Under the pieces are notes generated by a model. That model was given only the letters and a program-made list of their open reading frames with translations. It had not been told where the DNA came from and searched no databases. From a virus (lineage: Duplodnaviria > Caudoviricetes), in IMG/VR virus record IMGVR_UViG_2516653005_000001, positions 36,993 through 100,992 of that record: DNA of 64,000 nt; one strand, 5' to 3'. Of this stretch, positions 25,578 to 35,091 are shown one piece after another; the first letter of the stretch is position 1; each line of letters begins with the position of its first letter. Made by a program: the position numbers and the translations under genes.

Positions 25578-25939
25578 TGACGACATCGACGTTGCTTGCC
25601 GCAACCACGCGAAAGATCCTGCATGAGCGCTTCCCGGCGTGCTTTGCCGGCAAGGGCAAGGACAAGCGCCCGCTGGCGATCGGCATCCACAAGCAGGTTT
25701 TCGAGGCCGCGCCCGACCTTTCGCGCCGCTCGATCCGGCTGGCCATCCGCGACTACGTCAGCGGCTACAAATATCTACGCAACGTTCGGACCGGTGCGAC
25801 ACGCATCAATCTGGACGGGTCTCTGGCCGGAGCGGTCGTCTCTGAGCACGGCGATTTCTCGCACAAGATCGCCCGTCGCATGCTGCGGACGAAGCGAGCC
25901 AAGAAGCAGGCTCGCCCGGTGATGAAGGTCGCAGCCTAG
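25577..25939 (+). CDS. proQ: ProQ/FinO-domain RNA-binding protein
   Basis: RFPACF...RPLAIGIH...IRLAIRDYVSGYKYL...RINLDG...V..EH. Confidence 0.88.
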   Translation: MTTSTLLAATTRKILHERFPACFAGKGKDKRPLAIGIHKQVFEAAPDLSRRSIRLAIRDYVSGYKYLRNVRTGATRINLDGSLAGAVVSEHGDFSHKIARRMLRTKRAKKQARPVMKVAA

Positions 25940-25951
25940 CAGGAGGTTCAA

Positions 25952-26149
25952 ATGCGTTACGTGCTGAATGTAGTCAACTATCCGAACAAGGAACTGTACC
26001 CCGACAAGCTATGCGCTGACCGTGGTCAATTCGACGACTATCTGCAGACGATCGAGCCGGGCTGGACATCTCTGGTGGTGTCGATACTGCCGCCGGCACA
26101 GGAGGCCACATGCTCCACTTCGTCGGCTTCAAGGACGATCGGTACCTAA
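25952..26149 (+). CDS. Hypothetical protein
   Basis: AGGAGG RBS. Confidence 0.6.
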   Translation: MRYVLNVVNYPNKELYPDKLCADRGQFDDYLQTIEPGWTSLVVSILPPAQEATCSTSSASRTIGT

Positions 26150-26307
26150 ACGCGGTCCGCGTGTTCGGGCGTCCCGATTTCATCCATCGACGATGGGACG
26201 CCCGCGCGGTCTGTGAGGTCGCTCCTGGTGATGTTGTCGTCTTCGCTGATGGTGACGAGACGCAGGCGATCTATCCCTATGCCTACGACGACAGCGCGTT
26301 CTTCTGA
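26110..26307 (+). CDS. Conserved hypothetical phage protein
   Basis: AGGAGG RBS; LHFVGF...AVRVFGRPDFIHRRWD. Confidence 0.7.
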   Translation: MLHFVGFKDDRYLNAVRVFGRPDFIHRRWDARAVCEVAPGDVVVFADGDETQAIYPYAYDDSAFF

Positions 26308-26338
26308 AACACTTTTACCGTCCGCGAAGCCCTTCACT

Positions 26339-26788
26339 ATGAGCAAGATGTTCGAAACACTCGTGACCCTTCCTGGGTGCGACACCCCGGAGCCATCGCT
26401 CCGCGAGATTGTGCGGGCCTATTACAGCCCTCACTTCCATCACGAAGATGCGGATCGGCTAACAGAGATGTACATCAGAGCCGTCTCATCCAAGAGGCCG
26501 GCGGTTGCTGACGGCGCTACTGAGATCAAGATCAGTTATCGACAATTCATGTGCCTCGCAGTGCTCGTCGAGGCCACGGAAAGCGAACGCGTCGCTTCAT
26601 ATGACAGCGTGATGAGTGAAACCGGGCTGACGTTATACCAAACGAGGTGTGCTGTCCGAGCTCTCGCCCGAAAGGGCCTCGCAGAGCAGTCGCCAGCTTA
26701 CTGCGACGACGGGTTTCTTCGCGGTAGCGGATACGTATCGACCCGTGATGGCGTCATCTTGTACCGCCATCTCGCGAACTTGCATTGA
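26339..26788 (+). CDS. Winged-HTH-like protein
   Basis: SETGLT...RCAVRALARKGLAE...GSGY. Confidence 0.55.
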   Translation: MSKMFETLVTLPGCDTPEPSLREIVRAYYSPHFHHEDADRLTEMYIRAVSSKRPAVADGATEIKISYRQFMCLAVLVEATESERVASYDSVMSETGLTLYQTRCAVRALARKGLAEQSPAYCDDGFLRGSGYVSTRDGVILYRHLANLH

Positions 26789-27037
26789 TGATCTTGAACC
26801 TTACCGCAGGAGGTTGATAAGCGATGTTGACACGCACGAACCAAATCAAGTGCGACGAATGCGGCAAGTTCATCGCGTTGGACGACCTGGCTAACGGTAA
26901 GGCACAGCACCAACTTGCTACGCCGGAGTCGCTTACGACACGCGAGACCTTTTCGTCTCTGTGCAGCGAGCACGCAGGCCAAACGCCTCGGCGCGACATG
27001 GCACAGTCGCAGGCGACAATTGCCCCTGCGCTTTCCG

Positions 27038-27484
27038 TCACGCTGCCTTGATCGCAGCGTCAATTTTAGCCTGACGTATCGCCCTCACCCGCTCCAGCAT
27101 CTCGCCATGTGAGAACGTCGGGACACCCGACTTCTCGGCCGCAATCCGCAGCGCCTGCGAGGCGAAGTCGGCCGTCACATCGAACCAGTCGCCGCACAGT
27201 CGGCGGTTGGCTTTGTCGAACAGTGCCGTCGTCTCGTTGTGGAGGCGGATCGCCAGCATATCGCCGGCTGTCCACGCGATGTCGTGGATTTGCAGCTCCT
27301 TCCACGAGCCAAGCTGGATCGCCTGCATCCGGTCCTTCAACTGCCGAGCCCAGCCGATCTTGATCGGCCGCCCGCCTGTCGGGCCGACCGCGTAAACGCA
27401 GGCATATTCGAGATCAGAAAAGATCGCCCGCTCCGGCTTCGATGAAAGCCAGGGCAGGCCGCAGACGAACTCACTCTTTTGCAT
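27038..27484 (-). CDS. T5orf172/GIY-YIG-like domain protein
   Basis: VYAVG...IKIGWA...RMQAIQLG...GDWF. Confidence 0.75.
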   Translation of the reverse strand: MQKSEFVCGLPWLSSKPERAIFSDLEYACVYAVGPTGGRPIKIGWARQLKDRMQAIQLGSWKELQIHDIAWTAGDMLAIRLHNETTALFDKANRRLCGDWFDVTADFASQALRIAAEKSGVPTFSHGEMLERVRAIRQAKIDAAIKAA

Positions 27485-27613
27485 GTCCGAGGACTACCAC
27501 ATCATTTGCATGAATGCAAATGACCGGACGTGAAAACGCTTCGCCCCACCAGATCGAAACGCGCAAGGCCGTCCGGGGGCGACAGGGCCAAGCGCACCAC
27601 AGGAGACCACCAA

Positions 27614-28240
27614 ATGCCCAGCACCAACGCAGCCGTCGCCTCGTCCTCCAGCGCGGCCCTGCCGATCGGCGATATCGATTACAACCGCCCGATCAGACTG
27701 GTCGACAACTACGACGACGACGCCGGCCATACCGACGTCAAGGTTCTGACCGTCATCGAAGGCGCGACCTACCCGATCGTCATCCAGTCGACCGATCCGG
27801 ATGGCGACATCGTGGTCGGCCAGTTCGACCTGGAAGGCGACCATCTCACTGGCGATCTGCGGGTCAAGAACCTCCAGAACGGCCCCGCGACGATCTACGT
27901 TGCGGTCCTGCGCGACGGCGACGGTGAGCTCTACGCCGACCAGGAGGTCTACACCAGCGAGCGGGACGCCATCGACGGCAACGAATTCGAAAACCTTGTG
28001 TTCGTGAGCCCCGTCGAGATCCCGGACGTTTCCGCCAACTTCGTTTCCACCACCAAGACCATCGGCGGCCAGCAGTTCAGCGTCGGTGAGCGCGTCAGCG
28101 CCTATCGCCGAGGCTTCGGCACCTCGACTGCCACGATCGTGAAGTTCCGCGAGCACCCGAGCCGCTCGCTCTACATCCAGCCCGAAGATGGCCGCAACGC
28201 CTACTGGGCCGTGAACAGCAACATCTCGAAGCTGTCGTAA
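27614..28240 (+). CDS. Hypothetical protein
   Basis: AGGAG RBS, MPSTNAA; strong codon bias. Confidence 0.8.
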   Translation: MPSTNAAVASSSSAALPIGDIDYNRPIRLVDNYDDDAGHTDVKVLTVIEGATYPIVIQSTDPDGDIVVGQFDLEGDHLTGDLRVKNLQNGPATIYVAVLRDGDGELYADQEVYTSERDAIDGNEFENLVFVSPVEIPDVSANFVSTTKTIGGQQFSVGERVSAYRRGFGTSTATIVKFREHPSRSLYIQPEDGRNAYWAVNSNISKLS

Positions 28241-28286
28241 TCGAACGACGGAGAGGCGCCCGCCCCACGGCGGGCGCATCCATCCC

Positions 28287-28475
28287 ATGGCAGACAAGGC
28301 AGACACCCCGGACAAGCCGACTCTCTATGCCCGGCTGAATGGAACGACGATCCGCGCGAAGTGGCCAGGAAAGCGTTGGCATGGCGCATATCCGAACATT
28401 CACGCCGCCCGCGAGGCCGCGATGAAGGATGGACTGTCGAAGTTCGTGATCGATTACGTGACTGAGGAGCACTGA
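28287..28475 (+). CDS. Hypothetical protein
   Basis: 62-aa ORF. Confidence 0.5.
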   Translation: MADKADTPDKPTLYARLNGTTIRAKWPGKRWHGAYPNIHAAREAAMKDGLSKFVIDYVTEEH

Positions 28476-28582
28476 CAAGCGGCACCTTGGACTACCCGAC
28501 TACAAAAAACAAAAAGACTACAATTCGATCAACAGCAAAAGTGACGGAGCAGATTTGAAACAAGAACCATACGCCAGAGAAA

Positions 28583-28902
28583 GGGCGGTCATCAGTCATG
28601 ATGGTCCACACCGCATCCGGAGTCCGCCGACTCCGTAGCTACAATCCTCGAGATAGACCGTCCATCCAGCATCGCGAAGAGTTTCGACAGAAAGGCTTCA
28701 TCGAAATGGATGGACTAAGGAATGATCGTTCCAGAAGACGGGGTCATACGACCCCGAATGTATAACGCTCGTGACAGACCGGTAACTTGCTCAAAGGAAG
28801 CATCGCTCAGCGACTCCAATGATCAAGCAGGTCATCATGATCGTATCAGAAGACGGGGTCTCACGGCTCCGCGTTTACAACGCCCGAGACAGACCGGCGT
28901 AA
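28583..28902 (+). repeat. Three diverged ~60-nt direct repeats, each with a conserved hairpin
   Basis: CGGRGTC-N4-GRCYCCG at 28618, 28739, 28854, each followed by TAYAAYSCYCGWGAYAGACCG. Confidence 0.85.
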
Positions 28903-29021
28903 GCCGACACTCGAACTAATCATCCACCACTCATCAATGCGCGAGCACCTGGCCCGAAAGGGTCCGGGCGACTGCGCACGTCATCTCGTGCGCACGAATG
29001 CAATCGAAAAGGAGGTTGCAA

Positions 29022-30347
29022 ATGTTCTATCTCATCAGACTGAAGCGTGATGCGTCTGGAGAGCTGATCCAGGAGCCGATCCCAGAAGCTGGTACTTTCG
29101 AAAAGGGCAGCGACGCCGGCCGCGAGGCAAAGGTCTGGGAAGCCCGACTCGGCGTGAAGGTGCAGTGCCGCCGCAAGAGCCAGGCCCCCGATTGGCGTGC
29201 CCGTGAAAAGCAGCGCATCGAAGCTGGCCACTATCGTCCGCTCCCCGATGGCTGGACGCTTCAGCCGATCGCTGATCACTTCGCCCATATCGCTCCGTCC
29301 GATCACACCAAGATCGAGTTCACCGAGTCGGAGGATCTGGCGATCATTGACCGGCGCACCATCTTGTCGCCCGGCCGCTACATCAGCCGCTTCTACCCCG
29401 ACGTCGACGACAACACGCGACGGAAGCTGATCGCATCCATCGATCCTAACTCCGATCTGTATTTCGCCTACACCCGCGAAGAAATTGCGATGGTGTACAA
29501 GACAGGCCCGTCTTCGTGCATGGACGGCTCGCACGATTTCCGCCATCTGCCCTGCATGCCGGTCGAAGCTTACGCCGGCGGCGATCTTGCGGTCGTCTAC
29601 ACCAAGAACTCGCGCGGCCAAATCCAATCTCGCGCTGTCTGCTTCCCCGCGAAGAAGCTGTACGGCCGATGCTATGGAGACCAACAGCGTCTTTCTGCAG
29701 CACTCGACGCTGAGGGCTGGACCTACGTCCGCAACTTCATGGACGATGACCGTCGTTTTATGAACGGCGCGAAGCTTCTGAAGATCGAAGCTGACAAGGG
29801 CCAAGGCACCTATGTGATGCCTTATCTCGACGACATCAACTATGCCGTCGATAAGGGGGACCACTTTATCTCCACGTCCTCCGTCACTAACGATGACATC
29901 TTCATCCAGTGCGGCGGGACCGGCGGCTATTCCCCGCTGTTTCGCTACTGCCCCAAGTGGGACGGCCCGATGCCGGCGCATGATTTCGCGTTTGTCGAGG
30001 GCGTCAATCAGTGGTGGTCGCGCCGAGCCATCTCTGAACATGCGTTTACTTGTGCCGGCTCGAACAAGATCTATCCGCGCGAACAGCGTGTCCCGATGTC
30101 GGACGGCCGATTTTGGTCGGAAGCGCACTTCAAAGAGCATGGCGCCTTCTGCTCAATCACCGGTCGCCGCTTTCCGAAAAGCGAGTTGGTGATGAAGGAT
30201 GGCAAGTGGGTCCATCCTAATAACGAACGCATCGTCAATGCCAATCAGGCCAAAGCACGCGGCGGGAATAATGCCAGCGGCCGGGGTGCGGCGTACCTGA
30301 TCGTGGACGACATCCCCTACTACGATCCAATCCTGCGTGCGTCGTGA
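29022..30347 (+). CDS. Conserved hypothetical phage protein
   Basis: AGGAGG RBS; GPSSCM, RCYGD, VMPYLD motifs. Confidence 0.8.
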   Translation: MFYLIRLKRDASGELIQEPIPEAGTFEKGSDAGREAKVWEARLGVKVQCRRKSQAPDWRAREKQRIEAGHYRPLPDGWTLQPIADHFAHIAPSDHTKIEFTESEDLAIIDRRTILSPGRYISRFYPDVDDNTRRKLIASIDPNSDLYFAYTREEIAMVYKTGPSSCMDGSHDFRHLPCMPVEAYAGGDLAVVYTKNSRGQIQSRAVCFPAKKLYGRCYGDQQRLSAALDAEGWTYVRNFMDDDRRFMNGAKLLKIEADKGQGTYVMPYLDDINYAVDKGDHFISTSSVTNDDIFIQCGGTGGYSPLFRYCPKWDGPMPAHDFAFVEGVNQWWSRRAISEHAFTCAGSNKIYPREQRVPMSDGRFWSEAHFKEHGAFCSITGRRFPKSELVMKDGKWVHPNNERIVNANQAKARGGNNASGRGAAYLIVDDIPYYDPILRAS

Positions 30348-30357
30348 GGACATGACC

Positions 30358-31293
30358 ATGAACCCAGACGTATCCAAACTTCTCGCGATGCTCTCTTATC
30401 GTAGGCCGGCTGGATCTGAAAGCGAGAGGCAGTTCATCAAGCGCTTCATCGCTCCCCTCGGAACGACCGAGGACAAGTTCGGCAACCACATGATCACGAT
30501 CGGTAAAGACAAGCCGACCGTGCTGTGGTCGTGCCACACGGACTCGGTCCATCGCCAGGACGGCTTTCAGAAACTGTCCTGGAACGGCAAGCACATCGCA
30601 CTGCCGAAGGGCAGCAAGAGCAATTGCCTTGGTGCAGACGACGCAGCCGGCGTTTGGATTTTGATGCAGATGATCGAGGCAAAAGTCCCCGGTCTCTACA
30701 TCTTCCATCGCTCGGAAGAGATCGGCTGTATCGGCTCGTCGTCGATCGCAATGGAAACCCCCGAAGTGCTCGATGGCATTCGGATCGCAGTTGCGTTCGA
30801 TCGCAGGGGAACTGACTCGGTCATCACGCATCAGGGACAGCGTTGCTGCTCCGATGCGTTTGCCATTTCTCTGGCCAAGCAGCTACCGAAGCGGTTCAAG
30901 CTCGACGCAACCGGCGTACTCACCGACACGCGCATCTATATGCCGCTTGTCGACGAGTGCTCGAATGTGTCGGTCGGATACTCGGATGAGCATGGCCCGA
31001 CCGAAGCCCTCGATGTCGAGCACCTTCTGGAGCTTCGCGACCACATGGTTGCGATCGACCAGACGTCATTGGTGATCGAGCGGAGCTGCTCTGACTACGT
31101 TCCGTATGTCAAGAAGCCCTATCAGCCATACACGCAGTCATCGATGTTCGACGACGACATCGAACCGAAGAACATCCAAGACCTCGTGTGGATGTATCCA
31201 CGGCGCGTCGCGGACTTTCTCGAAGACAACGGCATCACGTTCGACGTGCTGCTCGAAGAGATCAATAATCGCGACCGTCGTGTCGCCGTCTGA
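30358..31293 (+). CDS. M28-like zinc peptidase
   Basis: SCHTDSVH, LGADDAAG, EEIG, FDRRG, TD, EH. Confidence 0.85.
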   Translation: MNPDVSKLLAMLSYRRPAGSESERQFIKRFIAPLGTTEDKFGNHMITIGKDKPTVLWSCHTDSVHRQDGFQKLSWNGKHIALPKGSKSNCLGADDAAGVWILMQMIEAKVPGLYIFHRSEEIGCIGSSSIAMETPEVLDGIRIAVAFDRRGTDSVITHQGQRCCSDAFAISLAKQLPKRFKLDATGVLTDTRIYMPLVDECSNVSVGYSDEHGPTEALDVEHLLELRDHMVAIDQTSLVIERSCSDYVPYVKKPYQPYTQSSMFDDDIEPKNIQDLVWMYPRRVADFLEDNGITFDVLLEEINNRDRRVAV

Positions 31294-31304
31294 AGGGGCC
31301 AACA

Positions 31305-33422
31305 ATGAAACTCGGACTGAAGAACCACACCGACATCGCCGCTGGTGTCCAGAAGGAAACCCGCATCACTATCTCGGCGAACGCCGTATCGTTCTACGCG
31401 CAGATCTCCGGCGTCGCTTCGGACAAGATCGGCTACGCGATGCGCGAGATTTCGGCGAACGCCTGGGACGCTTCGCGCGGGAATTTCGAACTGCATCTGC
31501 CGACGCAGGTCGATCCGACGTGCCGCTGGCGGGACTTCGGCCCCGGTATGTCGCCGGAAGACATGGATAACATCTGGGCGCGCATGTACGAGAGCACCAA
31601 ACGCTCGGACGACAGCGCGGTCGGCGGCTGGGGTCTCGGCCGCTTCTCTCCGTTCGCATACCTGATTAGCGAAGGCGGCGCCGGCTCCTACTCCGTCACG
31701 AGCTACCACGACGGTATGATGCACGCCTACGAGATGATGCTCGACATCAACGGCAGTCCGGTTATGCGGCTGATGTTCTCCGGCGAGAGCAACGAACCGT
31801 CCGGGATGGAAATCTCTTTCGGTGTCCGCCGGAACGACATCCCCACCTTCCGCAGCAAGGCATCCACCATCCTGTGGTCGTTCGAGCCGCGCCCGAAGAT
31901 CTATCCGGATCTCGGCTGGAAGGAGCCGGTCGTCACCATGGCCGGCGAGAACTGGACCGTCTACAACGGCAACACCGTGCCGTTTATCGGCCCGCAGGTG
32001 CGCATGGGCTGCGTTATGTATCCCATCAATCTGCACCTCATCAAGCATTCCGGTTTCCTCAATCCGAGCGAAGCAATCGTCTTCGACGCCAAGATCGGTA
32101 GCCTGCGTGTGACGCTGTCCCGCGAGGATCTCGCCTACGACGACGTGACCAAGGCAACGATCGAGCAGCTCGTTGCCGAGTACGAAGAGTCGTTTGTTGC
32201 AAAGATCCAGGAGGCCGTAAGTGCGGCCTCGAACTGGTTCTCTGCAAATGAGGCGTTCAACAGCGCCATGAAGCCGTTCGGCTCCTGGTGTATGGACGAA
32301 GTTCGCAAGCGCGTCTCCTGGAATGGCTACAAGCTGAGCCACTGGCTCGACAAGAGCGACATCAAGATGATGCGTCTCGGCGAGGGGTGGTCTTCGTTCG
32401 AGAAATTCTCTTCCGAAAACGTCCTGTCGACCTGGCCGGCGGACGCGACCATCGTGATCGAGCACAACCCGAGCTATTCCGCACAGCGCTTCGCGCTTGC
32501 CGATCTGGTCGGCAAGAAGCTGCTCTGGATCCGCTGCAAGCGCGATTGTCGCAGTGAAGTCCTGGCGGCCATGGGTAATCCTGACGTCGTCGATCTCGAC
32601 GACTACAAGATCACGCCGGCCGAGCGTGCAAAGCGGACCATTCGCAAGCGTCGCACGCTACTGGTCAACAGTGCCGGCAATCTCTGGCGCGAGACTGTCG
32701 ACATCGACATGGCAGAGGGCGGACTCTACGTCGAGACGTCGCCCTCCCTCCGCCGCTGGGGAACCTACGGCCAGGAATGGTACAGGGTCGCCAGCGGTCG
32801 CCAGCAGATGAACTTCAGTGCGATCGACGACGTCGTCGAGACCTGCGTCCAACTTGGCCTGATCGCGAAGGGAACTCGCATCCTGATCAGCAACGCGGAT
32901 GTCACGCTGGCGGATAACTGGGAGCTGCTCGGCGACAATCTGATCCCGAGGTTGACTGCGCTGGTCGACAAGACCCAGTTCAGCGCCTTGCACGGTCGGA
33001 AGCTCACGGACATGGAGCGCGACCTTCGTCTGTTCTCCGAATGCAACGCGGATGGGTTGCCGAGCGATCTTAAGGCGCTCCATCAGAAGGCGGCTGAAAT
33101 GGCCGCATCGCTGCGGATCATCGAGAACGGCTCGTTCGTCCCCACGCCGAGCGATCGTGCCGCCGACGCTTTGGTTCGTCTCGGAGAAAACAACCTCCGG
33201 AACGACGTCCCCAGTCCGACAGCCGCACTGAACCAAGAGTGGGTTGCCATGAAGCGGCGTTACCCGTTGCTGCGAGCCGTGATGTCATCGACCGCCTACG
33301 GCTACGGCAGTCGCGTCGAAGCTCAGCCGATGCTCTCTCACTACGCTTCGCTGCTGGCTGACCGTACCAAATTGCAACTTCTGAAATCGGCCTCCGATGG
33401 CCAGATGAAGGAAGCCGCGTAG
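31305..33422 (+). CDS. rIIA: rIIA-like GHKL ATPase protein
   Basis: REISANAWDA, DFGPGMS, ESTKR...GGWGLG, MGCVMYPI, TLSREDL. Confidence 0.85.
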   Translation: MKLGLKNHTDIAAGVQKETRITISANAVSFYAQISGVASDKIGYAMREISANAWDASRGNFELHLPTQVDPTCRWRDFGPGMSPEDMDNIWARMYESTKRSDDSAVGGWGLGRFSPFAYLISEGGAGSYSVTSYHDGMMHAYEMMLDINGSPVMRLMFSGESNEPSGMEISFGVRRNDIPTFRSKASTILWSFEPRPKIYPDLGWKEPVVTMAGENWTVYNGNTVPFIGPQVRMGCVMYPINLHLIKHSGFLNPSEAIVFDAKIGSLRVTLSREDLAYDDVTKATIEQLVAEYEESFVAKIQEAVSAASNWFSANEAFNSAMKPFGSWCMDEVRKRVSWNGYKLSHWLDKSDIKMMRLGEGWSSFEKFSSENVLSTWPADATIVIEHNPSYSAQRFALADLVGKKLLWIRCKRDCRSEVLAAMGNPDVVDLDDYKITPAERAKRTIRKRRTLLVNSAGNLWRETVDIDMAEGGLYVETSPSLRRWGTYGQEWYRVASGRQQMNFSAIDDVVETCVQLGLIAKGTRILISNADVTLADNWELLGDNLIPRLTALVDKTQFSALHGRKLTDMERDLRLFSECNADGLPSDLKALHQKAAEMAASLRIIENGSFVPTPSDRAADALVRLGENNLRNDVPSPTAALNQEWVAMKRRYPLLRAVMSSTAYGYGSRVEAQPMLSHYASLLADRTKLQLLKSASDGQMKEAA

Positions 33423-33431
33423 GAGAGCAAC

Positions 33432-33902
33432 ATGATCCCGAGGATCATCACGGACTGTTCGATCACCTTCTTCGCCAGGGGGAAGCGCTTCCTCCTGGCG
33501 GGGGACCATCCGAACTTCGAAACGGTGAAGCAGCTCTTGACGTCTGGTCACGAGGACGAAGATCAGCTCGTCCGACTCACCGACGTTCGCATTGCTGTCA
33601 GCGACGCGACGAACGGTGCGGCAGAGCTGGTGGACGGCGACCTCGTCCTCAACGGGGAGAAAATGTGCCACGATTGGTTTCTCAAGGCCGTCGCATCGCC
33701 TAGCGAAACCAAGATCCTTCTCATCAAGCCCGGCGATACGGTCCTGGTGGAGGGAGATGAAGAAGCGCCAGACGGCGAGTACACGGTCGGCGATGTCGAT
33801 GATGACGACGTCGATAAGCGCATTTTCATCGAGTCTGAGGACGGCTTCCTCGGCTTCGTGCCAAATGCGTCGATCAAATCAATCGTTCATACCAGCATCT
33901 AG
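33432..33902 (+). CDS. rIIB-like N-terminal domain protein, short
   Basis: Follows rIIA; MIPRIITDCSITF...DHPNFE resembles rIIB N-termini. Confidence 0.5.
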   Translation: MIPRIITDCSITFFARGKRFLLAGDHPNFETVKQLLTSGHEDEDQLVRLTDVRIAVSDATNGAAELVDGDLVLNGEKMCHDWFLKAVASPSETKILLIKPGDTVLVEGDEEAPDGEYTVGDVDDDDVDKRIFIESEDGFLGFVPNASIKSIVHTSI

Positions 33903-33938
33903 GTCAGCTACAGCCGGCCTTAACGAAGGAGAGTGTCC

Positions 33939-34604
33939 ATGCGAAGAGCCAAGCGGACAAAGGATTGGAGAGACAACCCCGACATCGTCGCAATCGAAGG
34001 ACATGGCCGCCTTGGCCGTCTTGAGCAGTTTCACGCGTCGATCGAGACCGGCCTCATCACATTCGCACACGGCGGCTGCTCCGACAACAACGAGCTCTAC
34101 GATGGAGGCTATGCCGACATCAAAGGGCTTCGCGCCTACTACGAGACGATCTTCTACACCGATACGCGCAAGTACATCCCGATCGAAGAGCTGCGCGTCA
34201 CGCTGACGAACGGCGACGTGTGCGAGCCACAGCACGAAGCGCGAATGCGGCACATCCACACCGTGTGCATCGACGAGCCGAAGTCGAAGACGTCGCTTCT
34301 CAAGCACCTGAACTGGATCGAGCCGGACTGGACAACCTTCGAGCATCTCGAAATCGCCGGCTGCAGCACGATCGACGGTGAACTCGTTTCCGGCTTCGAC
34401 CTCGAAGATGCCAGTTTCATTGCCATTCTGGCAATTCCGAAGTCTGGTGAAGAGGTCGTCGTCATCGACATGCAGCACCTCAAGGAAAGCGAGGACGGCT
34501 TTAAGTATGACGAGTACGACCGTCGCTGCTTCCTGAACAGCATGCGAGATCGTGCTTCGGAGTTCGGCAAGATAGCGTTCCTTCCGCTTTACGTTCTCAT
34601 CTAA
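33939..34604 (+). CDS. Hypothetical protein
   Basis: AAGGAGA RBS. Confidence 0.7.
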   Translation: MRRAKRTKDWRDNPDIVAIEGHGRLGRLEQFHASIETGLITFAHGGCSDNNELYDGGYADIKGLRAYYETIFYTDTRKYIPIEELRVTLTNGDVCEPQHEARMRHIHTVCIDEPKSKTSLLKHLNWIEPDWTTFEHLEIAGCSTIDGELVSGFDLEDASFIAILAIPKSGEEVVVIDMQHLKESEDGFKYDEYDRRCFLNSMRDRASEFGKIAFLPLYVLI

Positions 34605-34673
34605 ACCTGCGTCGCAACGTTTGCTTGAAAGCAATTAACGACGCAATGCAATCACCTGATATGGAGTTGGCGC

Positions 34674-35042
34674 ATGACGCCGAAAGAATTGGAGCAGTTG
34701 CAGGGGTTCGACAACCCGCGCGACGCCGAGATTGGTGTCGTCTTCGGACCGGACCGGACGCTGCTACTCGGTTACGACACTGACAGAAGGACGTGGCATG
34801 TCTATCAGCAGGGCGGTCTTCTGCACCACGTCATCTACTCCTACGGCAGCTCGTCTTTCGATTTCACGAGCGTTGCCGAACGCCTGACCGCCGTGTCGCT
34901 TGTGCCCAACAAGCGACTCTACCCGGAGCGTTGCGATTTTCTGTTTTGCGCAAGGCTGAGGCAGCTCGGCGTCGGTCTTCCGTTCACCACTTACCCTAAC
35001 AGCAGCTTCGAGAACCAGCCGTTCTACGGACGAACTCTGTAG
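34674..35042 (+). CDS. Conserved hypothetical protein
   Basis: DRTLLLGY...TWHVY...VPNKRLYPERCDFLFC. Confidence 0.7.
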   Translation: MTPKELEQLQGFDNPRDAEIGVVFGPDRTLLLGYDTDRRTWHVYQQGGLLHHVIYSYGSSSFDFTSVAERLTAVSLVPNKRLYPERCDFLFCARLRQLGVGLPFTTYPNSSFENQPFYGRTL

Positions 35043-35091
35043 CTGATCAGCCACGCCAGGTGATTTGCATGAAAACAAATAAGGAGAGCAG

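Noticed and set aside
28583-28902. Known riboswitch or twister ribozyme
   Set aside because: Only fragments resemble them (CCAGAAGAC, ACGR); full consensus structures are absent
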